Shown here one piece after another: positions 31,325 through 41,353 of a DNA stretch of 64,000 nt. The notes under the pieces are model-generated. The model was not told where the DNA came from. It made no database searches and saw only the letters and a program-made list of their open reading frames with translations. The stretch comes from an uncultured Poribacteria bacterium. Lineage in GTDB: Bacteria; Poribacteria; WGA-4E; WGA-3G. Numbering within the stretch: position 1 is the stretch's first letter; every line of letters begins with the position of its first letter. Where the stretch lies: NCBI GenBank assembly GCA_958296135.2, contig CATQHZ020000001.1:672001-736000 (forward strand), in the 5' to 3' direction. The position numbers and the translations under genes are program-made.

Positions 31325-31353
31325 AGTATACCATCAAACAGCGCGGGTGTCAA
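31325..31353 (-). promoter_or_regulatory. Sigma70 promoter for the Uma2/R-M cassette
   Basis: TTGACA-17bp-TATACT with TGn. Confidence 0.75.
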
Positions 31354-31456
31354 GTTTTTCTTGCGATTTTTCGCGAAGCGGTGTAGAATGTTTCTAGACA
31401 TGCGAGATGGCGAGGGACAGGTTTGCCCTCGCTCGCGCTGCGGGAAGGCGGGACGG

Positions 31457-32995
31457 TTACAGCAACAGTCCCTCCTCCGCCATTTCAATTGCACTGAGCA
31501 GTGCGCGCGCCTTGTTCATGGTCTCATAATACTCATTTTCAGGCACGGAATCCGCGACGACTCCGCCGCCCGCCTGCACGGATGCCACGCCATCTTTAAT
31601 GACAGCGGTTCGGATAGTAATCGCCGTGTCAGCACTGCCCGAGAAGCTGAAATATCCGACTGCGCCGCCATAGGGGCCTCGGCGCGTTGGTTCCAGTTCG
31701 TCAATGATTTCCATGGCGCGAATCTTCGGTGCGCCGGAGAGCGTCCCCGCCGGTAGGCACGACCGGATGACATCAAACGCCGACAAGTCCTTTCGCAACT
31801 GCCCGATAACATGCGAGACAATGTGCATCACGTGCGAGAAGCGTTCAACTATCATCAGATCGGTGACTTCCACGGTGTGGTAGTCGCATACACGCCCGAG
31901 GTCGTTTCTACTGAGGTCGACGAGCATGACATGTTCGGCGCGTTCCTTCGGGTCTGCGAGGAGTTGTTGTTCTAATTCCCTATCTTCCTCGGCGGTTTTG
32001 CCGCGGGGTAGCGTGCCTGCGATGGGGCGCGTCTGGACAAGCCCGTCCTCTACCCGCACCATCATTTCCGGCGATGCGCCGACAATCTCAAAATCGTTGA
32101 GTTTCAGGTAATACATGTAAGGCGATGGGTTGACGACACGCAACGCCCGATAGACATCAAACCCGTCCACGGCTATAGGCCGGCTGAACCGCTGTGAAGG
32201 CACGCTCTGGATGATGTCGCCTGCGGCGATGTATTCCTTGGCGCGCTGCACCGCTGCTTCATACTCCTGCTTCGTAAAATTCGATTCGATGCGTCGGTTG
32301 CACGGGCCAGGCTCTCGCGTTCCGGGGCTGGTGACGTTTGCGAGGTGCGCGGCTTTAAGTTTCTCAACGATTGCGTCAATCCGTTCGATCGCCTCGGCGT
32401 AGGTTGCATCGATGTCGCCATCAATCCGTGCGTTCGCGACAACCTTAATCTGATGATTCACGTGATCGAACACCAGCAAGGTTTCGGCGAGCATGAAAAA
32501 GCAGTCGGGTAACGCGAGTTCGTCTTCTGTCTCATCGGGGAGTTCTTCGACAAAGCGCACCATGTCGTAACTCAGGTATCCGACTGCGCCGCCGTGGAAT
32601 GGCGGTAACCCGTCTACCTGCACAGGTCTGTAGCGATGCATCAGGTCTTCCAATGCTTGCAGCGGGTCATCGCATGTTTGCGTCACCGTTACGCCGCCAC
32701 TTTGCCGGTCTGGTTTCCCGGGTCTTCCATGTTCCTCGCCTTTTGAGAGATAATCGATTGTTACCTGATGCCCTTTGCTCTGGAAAAGCACGGATGGCTG
32801 GCTTCCGAGGAAGGAGTAGCGTGCGATGGTTTCGCCGCCTTCGACGCTCTCCAAGAGGAATGCGAAGTCATCGGGCATTAATTTGTAGAATGCGGACACC
32901 GGTGTCTCCATATCAGCCAAAATGGGGCGATATACCGGGACCGTGTTTCCGAATTTCGCTTTCTCGCGAAATTCCGCCAATGTTGGATAATACAT
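31457..32995 (-). CDS. trpE: Anthranilate synthase component I
   Basis: FLLESVEGG, NPSPYMYY, GASPE, KERAEHVMLVDL-RND, PAGTLSGAPKIRAMEII. Confidence 0.95.
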   Translation of the reverse strand: MYYPTLAEFREKAKFGNTVPVYRPILADMETPVSAFYKLMPDDFAFLLESVEGGETIARYSFLGSQPSVLFQSKGHQVTIDYLSKGEEHGRPGKPDRQSGGVTVTQTCDDPLQALEDLMHRYRPVQVDGLPPFHGGAVGYLSYDMVRFVEELPDETEDELALPDCFFMLAETLLVFDHVNHQIKVVANARIDGDIDATYAEAIERIDAIVEKLKAAHLANVTSPGTREPGPCNRRIESNFTKQEYEAAVQRAKEYIAAGDIIQSVPSQRFSRPIAVDGFDVYRALRVVNPSPYMYYLKLNDFEIVGASPEMMVRVEDGLVQTRPIAGTLPRGKTAEEDRELEQQLLADPKERAEHVMLVDLSRNDLGRVCDYHTVEVTDLMIVERFSHVMHIVSHVIGQLRKDLSAFDVIRSCLPAGTLSGAPKIRAMEIIDELEPTRRGPYGGAVGYFSFSGSADTAITIRTAVIKDGVASVQAGGGVVADSVPENEYYETMNKARALLSAIEMAEEGLLL

Positions 32996-33049
32996 AGTTG
33001 TTCCTAGTTTCTGTAAGTCAAGTTCGCCCGCTCTTGACTTGTCGGGCCC

Positions 33050-33076
33050 GTAGGCGCGCATTGTAAGCGCGCCTAC
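33050..33076. repeat. REP-like palindrome, family A (GTAGGCGCG-N9-CGCGCCTAC)
   Basis: gtaggcgcgcattgtaagcgcgcctac; many related copies elsewhere in the window. Confidence 0.9.
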
Positions 33077-33175
33077 CCGTCAGAGACATCGAGTTGTGCC
33101 AATATCTGTAGTTTCGGCGTAACGGGCAGGCTCGGGCGCGCCTGCCCTAGATGCGTGACAACTGAATCGTTCTGA

Positions 33176-33556
33176 CTAATACACTGATTCTGCCTCAAAA
33201 ATCTTTTCGCCCACAACATGCGTGGTGTCGCCATCGGGGGAGACTTCCCGAAAGAAGCAGGAACGATAGCCGGTGTGGCATGCTGCTACCTTTTGTTCAA
33301 CCTTGATGAGCAGGGCATCGCCATCGCAATCGATTGCGATAGACTTGACAGTCTGCGTATGCCCGGAAGTCTCCCCCTTTCGCCAGAGTTTCTGGCGGGA
33401 GCGGCTCCAGAAGCAGACGCGGCCGGTGTCGCAGGTTTCGGTTATGGCCTCAGTGTTCATATATCCGAGCATGAGGACTTGGTTATTTGTTTCGTCCTGA
33501 ATGATGGCGGCGATGAGTCCATCGCGGTCGAATTTAAGTTCCGATAAGATTTGCAT
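33176..33556 (-). CDS. hisI: Phosphoribosyl-AMP cyclohydrolase
   Basis: [35 protein letters not shown]. Confidence 0.96.
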   Translation of the reverse strand: MQILSELKFDRDGLIAAIIQDETNNQVLMLGYMNTEAITETCDTGRVCFWSRSRQKLWRKGETSGHTQTVKSIAIDCDGDALLIKVEQKVAACHTGYRSCFFREVSPDGDTTHVVGEKIFEAESVY

Positions 33557-33672
33557 TTTGCGTTTCTCCAACCGGGCGGATAGAGGGCTCTGGCTTTACA
33601 GCTGTCCTTGTTAGAACGTAGCGCGAGTGCCTGTCCCTCGCGCTACGGTGATGCGAGATGGTTCGCGTTTTA

Positions 33673-34767
33673 TCAACCACACGGCAGCATTTTCAGGCAG
33701 ACAGGCATCGGGACTTCGGTGACGTGTCCCGTCGCGTTGAGCGCGCCGGTCTCGGTGTCAATCGCAAACGTGACAATCGTATCTGTCTGCTGATTGGCGG
33801 CGAAGAGGAAGGTGCCTTCCGGGTTGAGCCCGAAATTGCGCGGCGTTTTGCCTCGCGTCGATTCACAACCGATGGAGGACAGCAATCCGGTTTCCGCATC
33901 GATTGCACAGATGGCGATGCTATCGTGTCCCCGGTTTGAACCGTAGAGGAATTTGCCGTTAGGATGCACATGCACATCGGCGCAGTGACTGGTGCCGTCA
34001 AAATCATCGGGCAGGGTGGAAAGCGTTTGGAGCTCGGTAAGCGTGCCAGTGGTCCTGTCGTAGGCAAACGTCGTGAAGGTAGAGTCCAACTCGTTAATCA
34101 CATACGCGTATTTGCCGTTTGGGTGGAAATCGAAGTGGCGCGGTCCTGCGCCCGGATGCACGCGGACCCAAGGTTGCGCGTTCGGCGTTAAGGTGCCGTT
34201 TTCAGTATCCAATTGGTAAATCAAGATTTTGTCCAGCCCGAGGTCTGGTGCGAAGGCGTAACGGTTGCCCGGGTCAATCATAATTGCGTGTGCGTGCGGT
34301 TCCATCTGCCGCTGCGGATTGATGCTGGAACCTTGGTGCTGAACGAAATCGGATGCCTCGCCGAGTCTGCCGTCTGATTCGATCGGAAAAGCGACGACGC
34401 TGCCTCCGCCGTAGTTCGCGATAAGTAGGAACTTCCCGGTTGCATCGACGCTGAGGTGACACGGCGCGCCGCCCCCGGTCGCGCGCTTGTTGAGGAAGCT
34501 CATCTCCCCGGTGTCCTGATGGATGTAAAACGCGGTGACGGAGCCGCTTGGCTTCCCCTCGTATTGGTCAAGTTCGTTGACAGCGTAGAGGTACCGCCCA
34601 CTTGGGTGAATCTCCACAAATGAGGGTTGCTCAACACCGGTTGCTTTGCTTGCATAGTCCAACGCGCCGGTCGCGCCATCCAGGCGATAGACATAGATGC
34701 CTTCGCTGTCACTGTGCGTATAGGTACCGACATAAACGAAATAGTCTTGACTGTTTTGTTGCGCCAT
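33673..34767 (-). CDS. Lactonase, 7-bladed propeller (6-phosphogluconolactonase Pgl/YkgB family)
   Basis: YVGTYT, PCHLS, ANY-GG, PHAH, DLGLD, GAGPRH, SNRGHDSI, PRNF. Confidence 0.92.
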   Translation of the reverse strand: MAQQNSQDYFVYVGTYTHSDSEGIYVYRLDGATGALDYASKATGVEQPSFVEIHPSGRYLYAVNELDQYEGKPSGSVTAFYIHQDTGEMSFLNKRATGGGAPCHLSVDATGKFLLIANYGGGSVVAFPIESDGRLGEASDFVQHQGSSINPQRQMEPHAHAIMIDPGNRYAFAPDLGLDKILIYQLDTENGTLTPNAQPWVRVHPGAGPRHFDFHPNGKYAYVINELDSTFTTFAYDRTTGTLTELQTLSTLPDDFDGTSHCADVHVHPNGKFLYGSNRGHDSIAICAIDAETGLLSSIGCESTRGKTPRNFGLNPEGTFLFAANQQTDTIVTFAIDTETGALNATGHVTEVPMPVCLKMLPCG

Positions 34768-34870
34768 TGTTTCTGTCCTCTGCCAAAATTGGGTTTGTTT
34801 TAAGGATACCATAAAATGGATAAGATGTCAAGGGAATTGCAGTGAACGCGATGGAACGCCCGATGCCACC

Positions 34871-35148
34871 GTAGGGCGAGGGCCTGTGCATCGCGCGAAC
34901 GATCCCTGGCGCGATGGGAAAAGGGGCATTTCTTGTCGGTAGGAGATCGCGGCGGACAGGCCGCCGCGCTACGGTAAAAGGGGCCGTCTGGCGAGGGATT
35001 CGCGAGGGACAGGGCTGGTGGCCGCCGTAGGGCGCGGTCCTGTGCCTCGCCATGCTTCGACCCGCAGAGAAGATGGCGGTGCCCTTCGGGGTTGCAGCTG
35101 TTTTTTGTGGGGCGGGAGATCGCGGCGGCCTGTCCGCCGCGCTACGGT
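34871..35148. repeat. Cluster of REP-like elements in two similar convergent pairs (BIME/REPIN-like)
   Basis: gtagggcg-gg-cctgtgc-tcgc ... ggagatcgcggcgg-----ccgccgcgctacggt occurs twice. Confidence 0.8.
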
Positions 35149-35156
35149 GAAAGGGG

Positions 35157-35525
35157 GTGAAAAGGGGCCGTTTTGAGGGAGATAGGCTAACGAAGCTGGA
35201 GGTGCAGACTGCCCCTATTCCCCAGATGCAAACTGATATCAAGCAGACGCAGGCAGATGTGAAGCAGACGCAGGCAGATGTGAAGCAGACGCAGGTGGAT
35301 GGAAAACAGACGCAGGCAGATGTGAAGCAGACGCAGGCGGATGTTGCGGATGTTAAAGTAGACGTTGCGTGGATACGCGGTACGCTTGAAGAGCGTGCGC
35401 GTAATGAGGTCAATGCCCATCATGCCAAGACTCGGTTAGGGATGTGGATTTTTGGCGGGGTTGCGACATTGAGTGCAATCTTGAGTTTGGCTCAGTGGCT
35501 ATTCTCTATACGTCCGTCGCCGTAG
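35157..35525 (+). CDS. Small coiled-coil protein with C-terminal TM helix; 21-bp heptad repeats
   Basis: KQTQADV repeated about 5 times (aagcagacgcaggcagatgtg), then WIFGGVATLSAILSLAQWLF; start uncertain. Confidence 0.6.
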   Translation: MKRGRFEGDRLTKLEVQTAPIPQMQTDIKQTQADVKQTQADVKQTQVDGKQTQADVKQTQADVADVKVDVAWIRGTLEERARNEVNAHHAKTRLGMWIFGGVATLSAILSLAQWLFSIRPSP

Positions 35526-35700
35526 TGCGGCGAGCGACTTGGCTCTGTTGGTAGATTTCGATGCCGGTGCTAGTCTGTTCCATCTTGTCAGACTTGGGGA
35601 TTTCTTGGATGATAAGTTCGGGTGCAAGGTGGATGTGGTGTTGCGTCGTGCCCTTCGTAAAGAGGTTCGTGACGCTGTTTCCAAGGAGCTGGTGCGCCTA
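35525..35700 (+). pseudogene. C-terminal remnant of a minimal nucleotidyltransferase (MNT antitoxin-like)
   Basis: ASDLALLVDF---ASLFHLVRLGDFL---FGCKVDVV---AL; the GS motif N-terminus is missing, DxD has decayed to DLA, and no HEPN partner follows. Confidence 0.7.
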
Positions 35701-35865
35701 TATCACGAGAATGTCGATGGCATGTATGGGTTTGATGTTCATGGTTTCTATTCTCCTATTAGAATGAACGGGCGTTCGCGCCGGCTGACACCCGTTCACT
35801 GAAAGCGCGTCCGTAACCTAAAACCCCAATCTACGTAGCATCTCGCACGCCAAGGGATGCAGCGG

Positions 35866-36954
35866 CTAAAAAGGGGGATGGCCGCTTGACGACTTGCCGG
35901 CCTTTATCTGGCTCCATTGCGTGGTGAGTTTCCCCGTAGTGGAAACAGGAAGACTGTGAGCTGTCCAGTCCGCCGCCCAATCCTCACTAGGATGGTTAGT
36001 GAGGTTGGTAATCTGTCGACTGGCAAGTTCATAGCGATAGATATCGTAAGGCGGCCTAACTGTGTCCATCAAGGAGTCAGTTTCGGATGCAGCAAAAAGA
36101 ATCACCGCTCCCTCCTCAGCCCAGCACGCTGCGTTGAGTCGCCAAGTGTCTGGGGTGTCAAGGGCTCGGGGGTTGGCACCCTGTCTGTCGCGAATGATGA
36201 AACGTGCCGAAGCCAATCGAAAGGTGTTTCCTTCTAGTACGGACGTCACCGCGCGATAGAGAATACGTTCACCGTCCGGTGCCCAGCGTGGACTGAAGTT
36301 CATCAAGGTTGTCCCTAGGATAAGGGGTGCTTGCTTGACGAGGGGCCGATTCCGTTTTCCATCCGCATCCATGATGTAGATGTGCCGGCCTTGCCCGGGC
36401 AACGCGAGCTCGTAGGCAATCTCGCGGCCATTGGGCGCCCAGTCCGGTGCCATTGCGTATCCACCGACTTCCGCCTCGCTGTGCGTCAGTTGCTGGAGTG
36501 CCCCGCTATTGAGATGCATCACATAGATTTCCAATAGGCCGTTCCGCGTGCTTGAAAAGGCAATGCGCTGGCCATCGGGGGCCCAAGCCACCTGGCCATC
36601 TAGCGCCGGATGTTCGATGAGTGTCTGCACCCGGTGCCTGCCCAGAAGCATCAGGAAGATGTCATTCTGTTTCTCCTCGCCGGGAGTGACGGGGGCTAAA
36701 TCCATGGAAAACAGGAGGTGTCTGCCATCGGGAGACCACCGTACGAGCCTTTTCCGGTGTCCATCGTATGTTATCCGGCGGACGTTGCTGCCCTCATCGT
36801 TCATGATGTAGATTTCGTTGTCAAGCGACGCTAGTTGTCCATCGCGGTTGGAGGTGAAGACGATGTCTGCAACCGTGGGACGGTGAACGCATAAGCAGAG
36901 GAGGCAGAGCGCGGCGGCGTATCGCCAAACGCTGCCGATTTTGTGTCTGTTCAT
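35866..36954 (-). CDS. Secreted TolB-like (PD40/WD40) beta-propeller protein with C-terminal V-x3-GK-x4-W motif
   Basis: Signal peptide, IVFTSNRDG, repeated W(S/A)PDG--IAF-S, tail PVSTTGKLTTQWSQIK. Confidence 0.88.
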   Translation of the reverse strand: MNRHKIGSVWRYAAALCLLCLCVHRPTVADIVFTSNRDGQLASLDNEIYIMNDEGSNVRRITYDGHRKRLVRWSPDGRHLLFSMDLAPVTPGEEKQNDIFLMLLGRHRVQTLIEHPALDGQVAWAPDGQRIAFSSTRNGLLEIYVMHLNSGALQQLTHSEAEVGGYAMAPDWAPNGREIAYELALPGQGRHIYIMDADGKRNRPLVKQAPLILGTTLMNFSPRWAPDGERILYRAVTSVLEGNTFRLASARFIIRDRQGANPRALDTPDTWRLNAACWAEEGAVILFAASETDSLMDTVRPPYDIYRYELASRQITNLTNHPSEDWAADWTAHSLPVSTTGKLTTQWSQIKAGKSSSGHPPF

Positions 36955-36993
36955 GGGTATTTCTCCTGCTCTTAAGAGCGGTGCCGTTGCCTG

Positions 36994-37454
36994 TCACCCC
37001 CTCAGCGTGACAGGCAACGCGGCTGCGGCGGCTGAAGCCGCCTTAGCAGAGACTGTAAACATGCCGTTAGGCTCGATCCCAAGCCTGTTGAGATTGGTAA
37101 ATCCGAGACTCGCTGTCTTCATGAAGACAGCGTCCTCATCGGGCTTAAGCGTTACCTCCACCGGTGGGTTAGGCATCTTTATCTCATGCCCCCGCCTTCG
37201 AGGATTGAATGCTTAAACTCGTAAAGGTAACTCGCGTTGAAGTCGCTCTCGTTAGAGACAGAGACGTGGTGCGAGGTGCTTGTACGGGGGTGATTCCAAC
37301 TGAGCCCCCATATCTCAACCGAACCGTAGACGTTGCCTACCCAGCGAGATTCCTGCCTTGAGGGCGGGTGATCCGTGGGAGCAATATCGGTGATAACAAG
37401 GCTGCACAGCGCAAGTATCCCGATGAGCGTTAGGCATTTCACTGCCGTTTTCAT
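36994..37454 (-). pseudogene. Frameshifted secreted hypothetical protein
   Basis: GGAGG RBS and signal peptide (MKTAVKCLTLIGILALCSLVI); the frame ends at 37179 after a G-run and continues in another frame (HEIKMPNPPVEV). Confidence 0.45.
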
Positions 37455-37692
37455 TTTGATTTCCTCCGTTTGCCTCCCTCTAAAAGAGAGACTGTTGACA
37501 TGCGGAAAAATCCATCGCCAATGTTGCTCAGCATCATTATATATCCTCATTGTAGGGCATTTTTTCACAAGTGGCCCAACTTTTTGAAGATATACCCGCT
37601 TTTAAATCCTATAGACGTTGATCTGAGGCAAAAGGTACCACAAATGATGCAAAAAAATGTTTTTTTGCATTTTATAGAAAATTCTTGATTTT

Positions 37693-39255
37693 TTAAGGCG
37701 CGGGCATTTGATAAAGGGAGAATTCTTCGTCGCTGATGGTAGAACCGGTAAAATGTGCCACGTTGATGAGACGATACCGTTCCTGCAGCTGCGCGCTCAC
37801 GGCGCGGTTCAGGATAATCAGCACCGGTTGTGAAGTCTGCGTACTTAACACTTTTGCCGCTTCAATGACATCTGCGTCGGGAACATCCGCGGTGCGCGCG
37901 CTGTCCCAACGGATAAATGAACCGAACCGCCTTCCGCGCGGATAGTAAATAACCGCTTTCTCTAAATACCCGACGATGGTGCTAGCGGCGAAATCTGTGT
38001 CGCCTACCATCGGCATCTCCTGCATCCCTTGCGCCTTGATATATTCAGCTGTCTGTTTGCCGCAAGAGAAAATATGTCGGGTATCCATGCTAACGGCGAT
38101 GACACCACCAATAAAATGGCAGCCGAGGATGAGGGTGAGGATGATGCTGAACGCGCGTTCCGGACGCGTTTCCTCGCTGTCGGTAGGCGCGGTTTTCAAC
38201 TGCGCATCTGTCCCTATCTCCGGACACTCCCGATAAATCCACGCAACCGTCAGAAATGTCAGGAATAGGAATCCGTGGTGACGGATGCTGCCGTAATACT
38301 TGACATAGAAAAACGCGAGCAGTCCGAGCGTTGCGGTGAGATAGATGAGCAAGGCGGTAGGGCGTTTACATGTCACCCCTACGCCGAAGAGAATGAGGAG
38401 AAAACAGAGCGGCATCTGGAGGGTTTGGAAGAGCGGGTATGCCTCAAGTTGCTGCGAATTCCAAAAGTGGCGCGTTGGCTTCGGGATAGGCAGATATGCG
38501 CGCGAGATGAGCTTCAGCACTTTGAAGAAGTGCTCTGTTTCGTAGTCAAATTTCCAATCGATGGCGAATCCGGTATTCGGCGGCGGCTTGAGTTGCGCGA
38601 TGGAAGTCAAAATCCCGATGCCGATGAGCGCGAAACTGAGCCAAACCCATTTTTTATCGGCAGGCGAGGTTTGTAACCCCGCGGGCTGCTTCGTGCGAAG
38701 ATAGAGATACTCACAAAAGAGGGCGAAACCTATCGCGATGGTGACAATCAAGGCGTGAACGCTGGTATGCGCCAGGAGAAATAGCACCCCGCCTATCCAC
38801 AGTGGCCGTTTGTAGCGTTCTCTGAAAAGCACGCAAAAGAGAGTGATGAACAGCAAACCGAGTGCGTAGTTTCGCGCGACGATGGCGTATTCATAAAGCG
38901 CGAAGTAACCGAAACAGCATAGAAACTTCTGGAGGCGATTGAAGGGCGCGTATCGGGCGAAGAGGTAGACGGTAGTGCCCGCGATGAACAGATGGAACGC
39001 CTGCATGATAATAGGCGATGTGGTAATGTGGCTGAGTGGCATCAGGCAGAGGTGCCACAGGCCCGGGTGTCCCTCATATTTGAGGTGCGCGAAGAGTTCA
39101 AAGAGGGACGCGCTGTCCCGCGCGAGCAGCCACGCTTGGATTTCGTCGCGCCACATTTCATGGTGGAATGCGGTGAAGCCTCCCAAAATAAGGAAGCCGG
39201 ATGTCAAACCGAGGGCATAACGCGCATTGTCTCGCTGTGTGCAGTGACTATTCAT
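37693..39255 (-). CDS. Polytopic membrane protein, GT-C glycosyltransferase-like
   Basis: HEMWRDE-QAW in the first loop, YEGHP, ARNYAL, about 11 TM segments. Confidence 0.7.
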   Translation of the reverse strand: MNSHCTQRDNARYALGLTSGFLILGGFTAFHHEMWRDEIQAWLLARDSASLFELFAHLKYEGHPGLWHLCLMPLSHITTSPIIMQAFHLFIAGTTVYLFARYAPFNRLQKFLCCFGYFALYEYAIVARNYALGLLFITLFCVLFRERYKRPLWIGGVLFLLAHTSVHALIVTIAIGFALFCEYLYLRTKQPAGLQTSPADKKWVWLSFALIGIGILTSIAQLKPPPNTGFAIDWKFDYETEHFFKVLKLISRAYLPIPKPTRHFWNSQQLEAYPLFQTLQMPLCFLLILFGVGVTCKRPTALLIYLTATLGLLAFFYVKYYGSIRHHGFLFLTFLTVAWIYRECPEIGTDAQLKTAPTDSEETRPERAFSIILTLILGCHFIGGVIAVSMDTRHIFSCGKQTAEYIKAQGMQEMPMVGDTDFAASTIVGYLEKAVIYYPRGRRFGSFIRWDSARTADVPDADVIEAAKVLSTQTSQPVLIILNRAVSAQLQERYRLINVAHFTGSTISDEEFSLYQMPAP

Positions 39256-39354
39256 TTTGCGGTTGCCAACCTTGCTGGATTAAGGTATACTGTTAAGATA
39301 ACAGAAGAACGGTTGTTTTGCAACCTTCATTCACCGAACCAGATACCAAACCCG

Positions 39355-39381
39355 GTAGGCGCGGTTTCAAACCGCGCCTAC
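39355..39381. repeat. REP-like palindrome, family A (perfect)
   Basis: gtaggcgcggttt-c-aaaccgcgcctac, 13-bp arms. Confidence 0.92.
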
Positions 39382-39435
39382 CGAAACAGGGATTTTGGCA
39401 TTTGCGTAAGTGCTAACAAAAAGGAGGATTGAACC

Positions 39436-40713
39436 ATGAGACGTTTAGACTTCGGACAGATGAGAACTCTGTCCAGGATATGCCTCGCGCTTGCCATTGC
39501 AATTTGCGTTTTGCAAGGGTGCGGTGACATTCAGAAGCCATTTCTCGCTGTTACCGGCACGACAGGGGACGACACAGCGGCGTTCTCCGGCCGTGTTGTA
39601 GATGCCGAGGGAGCTCCGATTGCCGGGCTCGCGTTGACGATTGAACCGAGTCCTTGGGATGACTTTGACGATGACGCTGTGGGGCAGCGGCAGCCGCCGC
39701 CCAAAACCGTAACCAATCCGGCGGGGGCTTTCTCGCTTGCTGGCATCACTTCGGGGCGCGTCGCTGTGACATTGCTGCCGGATAACTATGAAGAGGATGT
39801 CTACGCTGAACCGGAATATGAGATTCTTTCCATCAAACTTGGGGAAATCCTTTACCACCAGAATGAGTCGTCGCCTTTTGGGGGAATCACGTTTACTATC
39901 ACCCCCGGCATCCATGTCCAAGACGCGGTGGTCACCGTGAGCCGTCGGATGCGCATTGCGGGACGAATCGTTTTCAAAGATGGCACCCCTCTTGCGGACG
40001 CACGCCTTTCTCTGAACGTGGAACAACGTGATTTGGATGGGAACGGTAGTTCAAGTTCTGGTGGAAGCGCGCATACGGATGTGGATGGAAGCTTCATCGA
40101 ATACGTCGATGAAGCCGGGCTGTTCTGGGTTTCAGTTGAATATGAGGGACTTTCCGCCACGTCGGAGGAGTTCGTGCTTAACGATGGCGAACGCCGAGAA
40201 GACCTGGTTTTGACGTTTGACAGCGAGCCGATTGAACCCATGGACGAGGGAACGGGCGTTACTGCGCAGATTCCGCGGACACCCAACGATGGCACTGTGT
40301 GGGTAGTGAACCCTTCAAACGGGCATGCCTACAAAGCCGTTTATGCTGAAAACCCCGATGAGGCACGGCAACTGGCGGCCGCTGAAAATGCCCACCTCGT
40401 CACAATCAACGACGAGGCAGAACAGGGGTGGATTGAGGGAATCTTCGGCCGAAACCCGTTTTGGCTCGGATTGAGCGATGCACAAACGGAAGGTGACTGG
40501 CAGTGGGATAGCGGCGAGCCGGTTACCTATACTAATTGGAGTGCCACGGAAATTTTTCCCGACCGCGGGGAGGGTGCCGACAAGGACTATGCTGTCTTCA
40601 CTTTCGGGGCAGAATGGCAGGCAGTTGGCCCCGAAAGCCCGTTCTGGCGCATAACCCATAGGGCAATCCTTGAAGCCGAAGAGGTGCCTCCCGATATGCC
40701 GATGGAAGAATAG
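39436..40713 (+). CDS. Lipoprotein with two carboxypeptidase-regulatory-like beta-sandwich modules and a C-terminal C-type lectin domain
   Basis: Lipobox LQGC; GRVVDAEGAP and GRIVFKDGTP modules; NGHAY, HLVTINDEAEQ, WLGLSD---EG-WQW-SGEPVTYTNW. Confidence 0.85.
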   Translation: MRRLDFGQMRTLSRICLALAIAICVLQGCGDIQKPFLAVTGTTGDDTAAFSGRVVDAEGAPIAGLALTIEPSPWDDFDDDAVGQRQPPPKTVTNPAGAFSLAGITSGRVAVTLLPDNYEEDVYAEPEYEILSIKLGEILYHQNESSPFGGITFTITPGIHVQDAVVTVSRRMRIAGRIVFKDGTPLADARLSLNVEQRDLDGNGSSSSGGSAHTDVDGSFIEYVDEAGLFWVSVEYEGLSATSEEFVLNDGERREDLVLTFDSEPIEPMDEGTGVTAQIPRTPNDGTVWVVNPSNGHAYKAVYAENPDEARQLAAAENAHLVTINDEAEQGWIEGIFGRNPFWLGLSDAQTEGDWQWDSGEPVTYTNWSATEIFPDRGEGADKDYAVFTFGAEWQAVGPESPFWRITHRAILEAEEVPPDMPMEE

Positions 40714-40884
40714 GCACGTTATAATAGGGCGGAAGCACCGGCTCCTGCCTTTGCACGGCAAGAACCCGATAGGCGCGGTTTCAAACCGCATTGACGAGAC
40801 TGAAACCCGGTAGGCGCGGTTTCAAGCAGTGCCTATCGAATTGGATTTTGGCATTTGCGAAATCGAAAAAAAGAGAATTGAACC

Positions 40885-41120
40885 ATGAACGCTTAAACCT
40901 CACGCGCACCCTCGCGCTTCTCACGGGAATCGCGGTGATGTGCCTTCATGGCATCACAGTGGAAGACGCAGCAGACATGGCTACGTTCGCCGGGCGCGTT
41001 GTTGATATGGAGGGAAATCCCGTTGCCAACGCGCAAATTATGGTAGAAACAATCTATCAAGAGTTAGGTGGGCTCACAAACGGGGGCTCAAGAGGAACAA
41101 GGCGGACAGACGTTGATGGT
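40885..41120 (+). pseudogene. Truncated, frameshifted paralog of the upstream lectin lipoprotein
   Basis: Its upstream region (REP, RBS, ttgaaccatga) duplicates 39348-39440. ATFAGRVVDMEGNP...TDVDG matches the intact gene, but the ATG frame stops after 3 codons. Confidence 0.75.
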
Positions 41121-41252
41121 GATGTTGGGCGCGAGGGTTTCCAAGAACATCTTCAGATGCGGCAGCAGGAAGAGTTCTGGCGTAGCATGCGCGCTTTTGC
41201 GCGTGCTGTCAATATTTTGCAAATAGGCGTGGCATTGGCGTTGAACATCCAT
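41088..41252 (-). pseudogene. N-terminal fragment of a second type ISP/IIL-like R-M enzyme
   Basis: Manual translation MDVQRQCHAYLQNIDSTRKSAHATPELFLLPHLKMFLETLAPNITINV aligns with the start of the 27149-30253 protein; TTGACA-18-TATAAT lies upstream. Confidence 0.8.
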
Positions 41253-41353
41253 ATTATGATGTATTATAGCCCCAACGGTTTTTAACTGTCAATGTGTTTC
41301 TTGCCAGGCACCGGAATTTATGGTATCATTGTTACACCTAATCTCTGTACCTC

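Noticed and set aside
34709-35413. 234-aa minus-strand ORF with SACVCFT repeats
   Set aside because: It is the antisense reading of the KQTQADV repeat plus a REP cluster.
40791-41285. 164-aa ORF as a real gene
   Set aside because: It starts inside a REP and is a chimera of a lectin-paralog stub and the antisense of an R-M stub.
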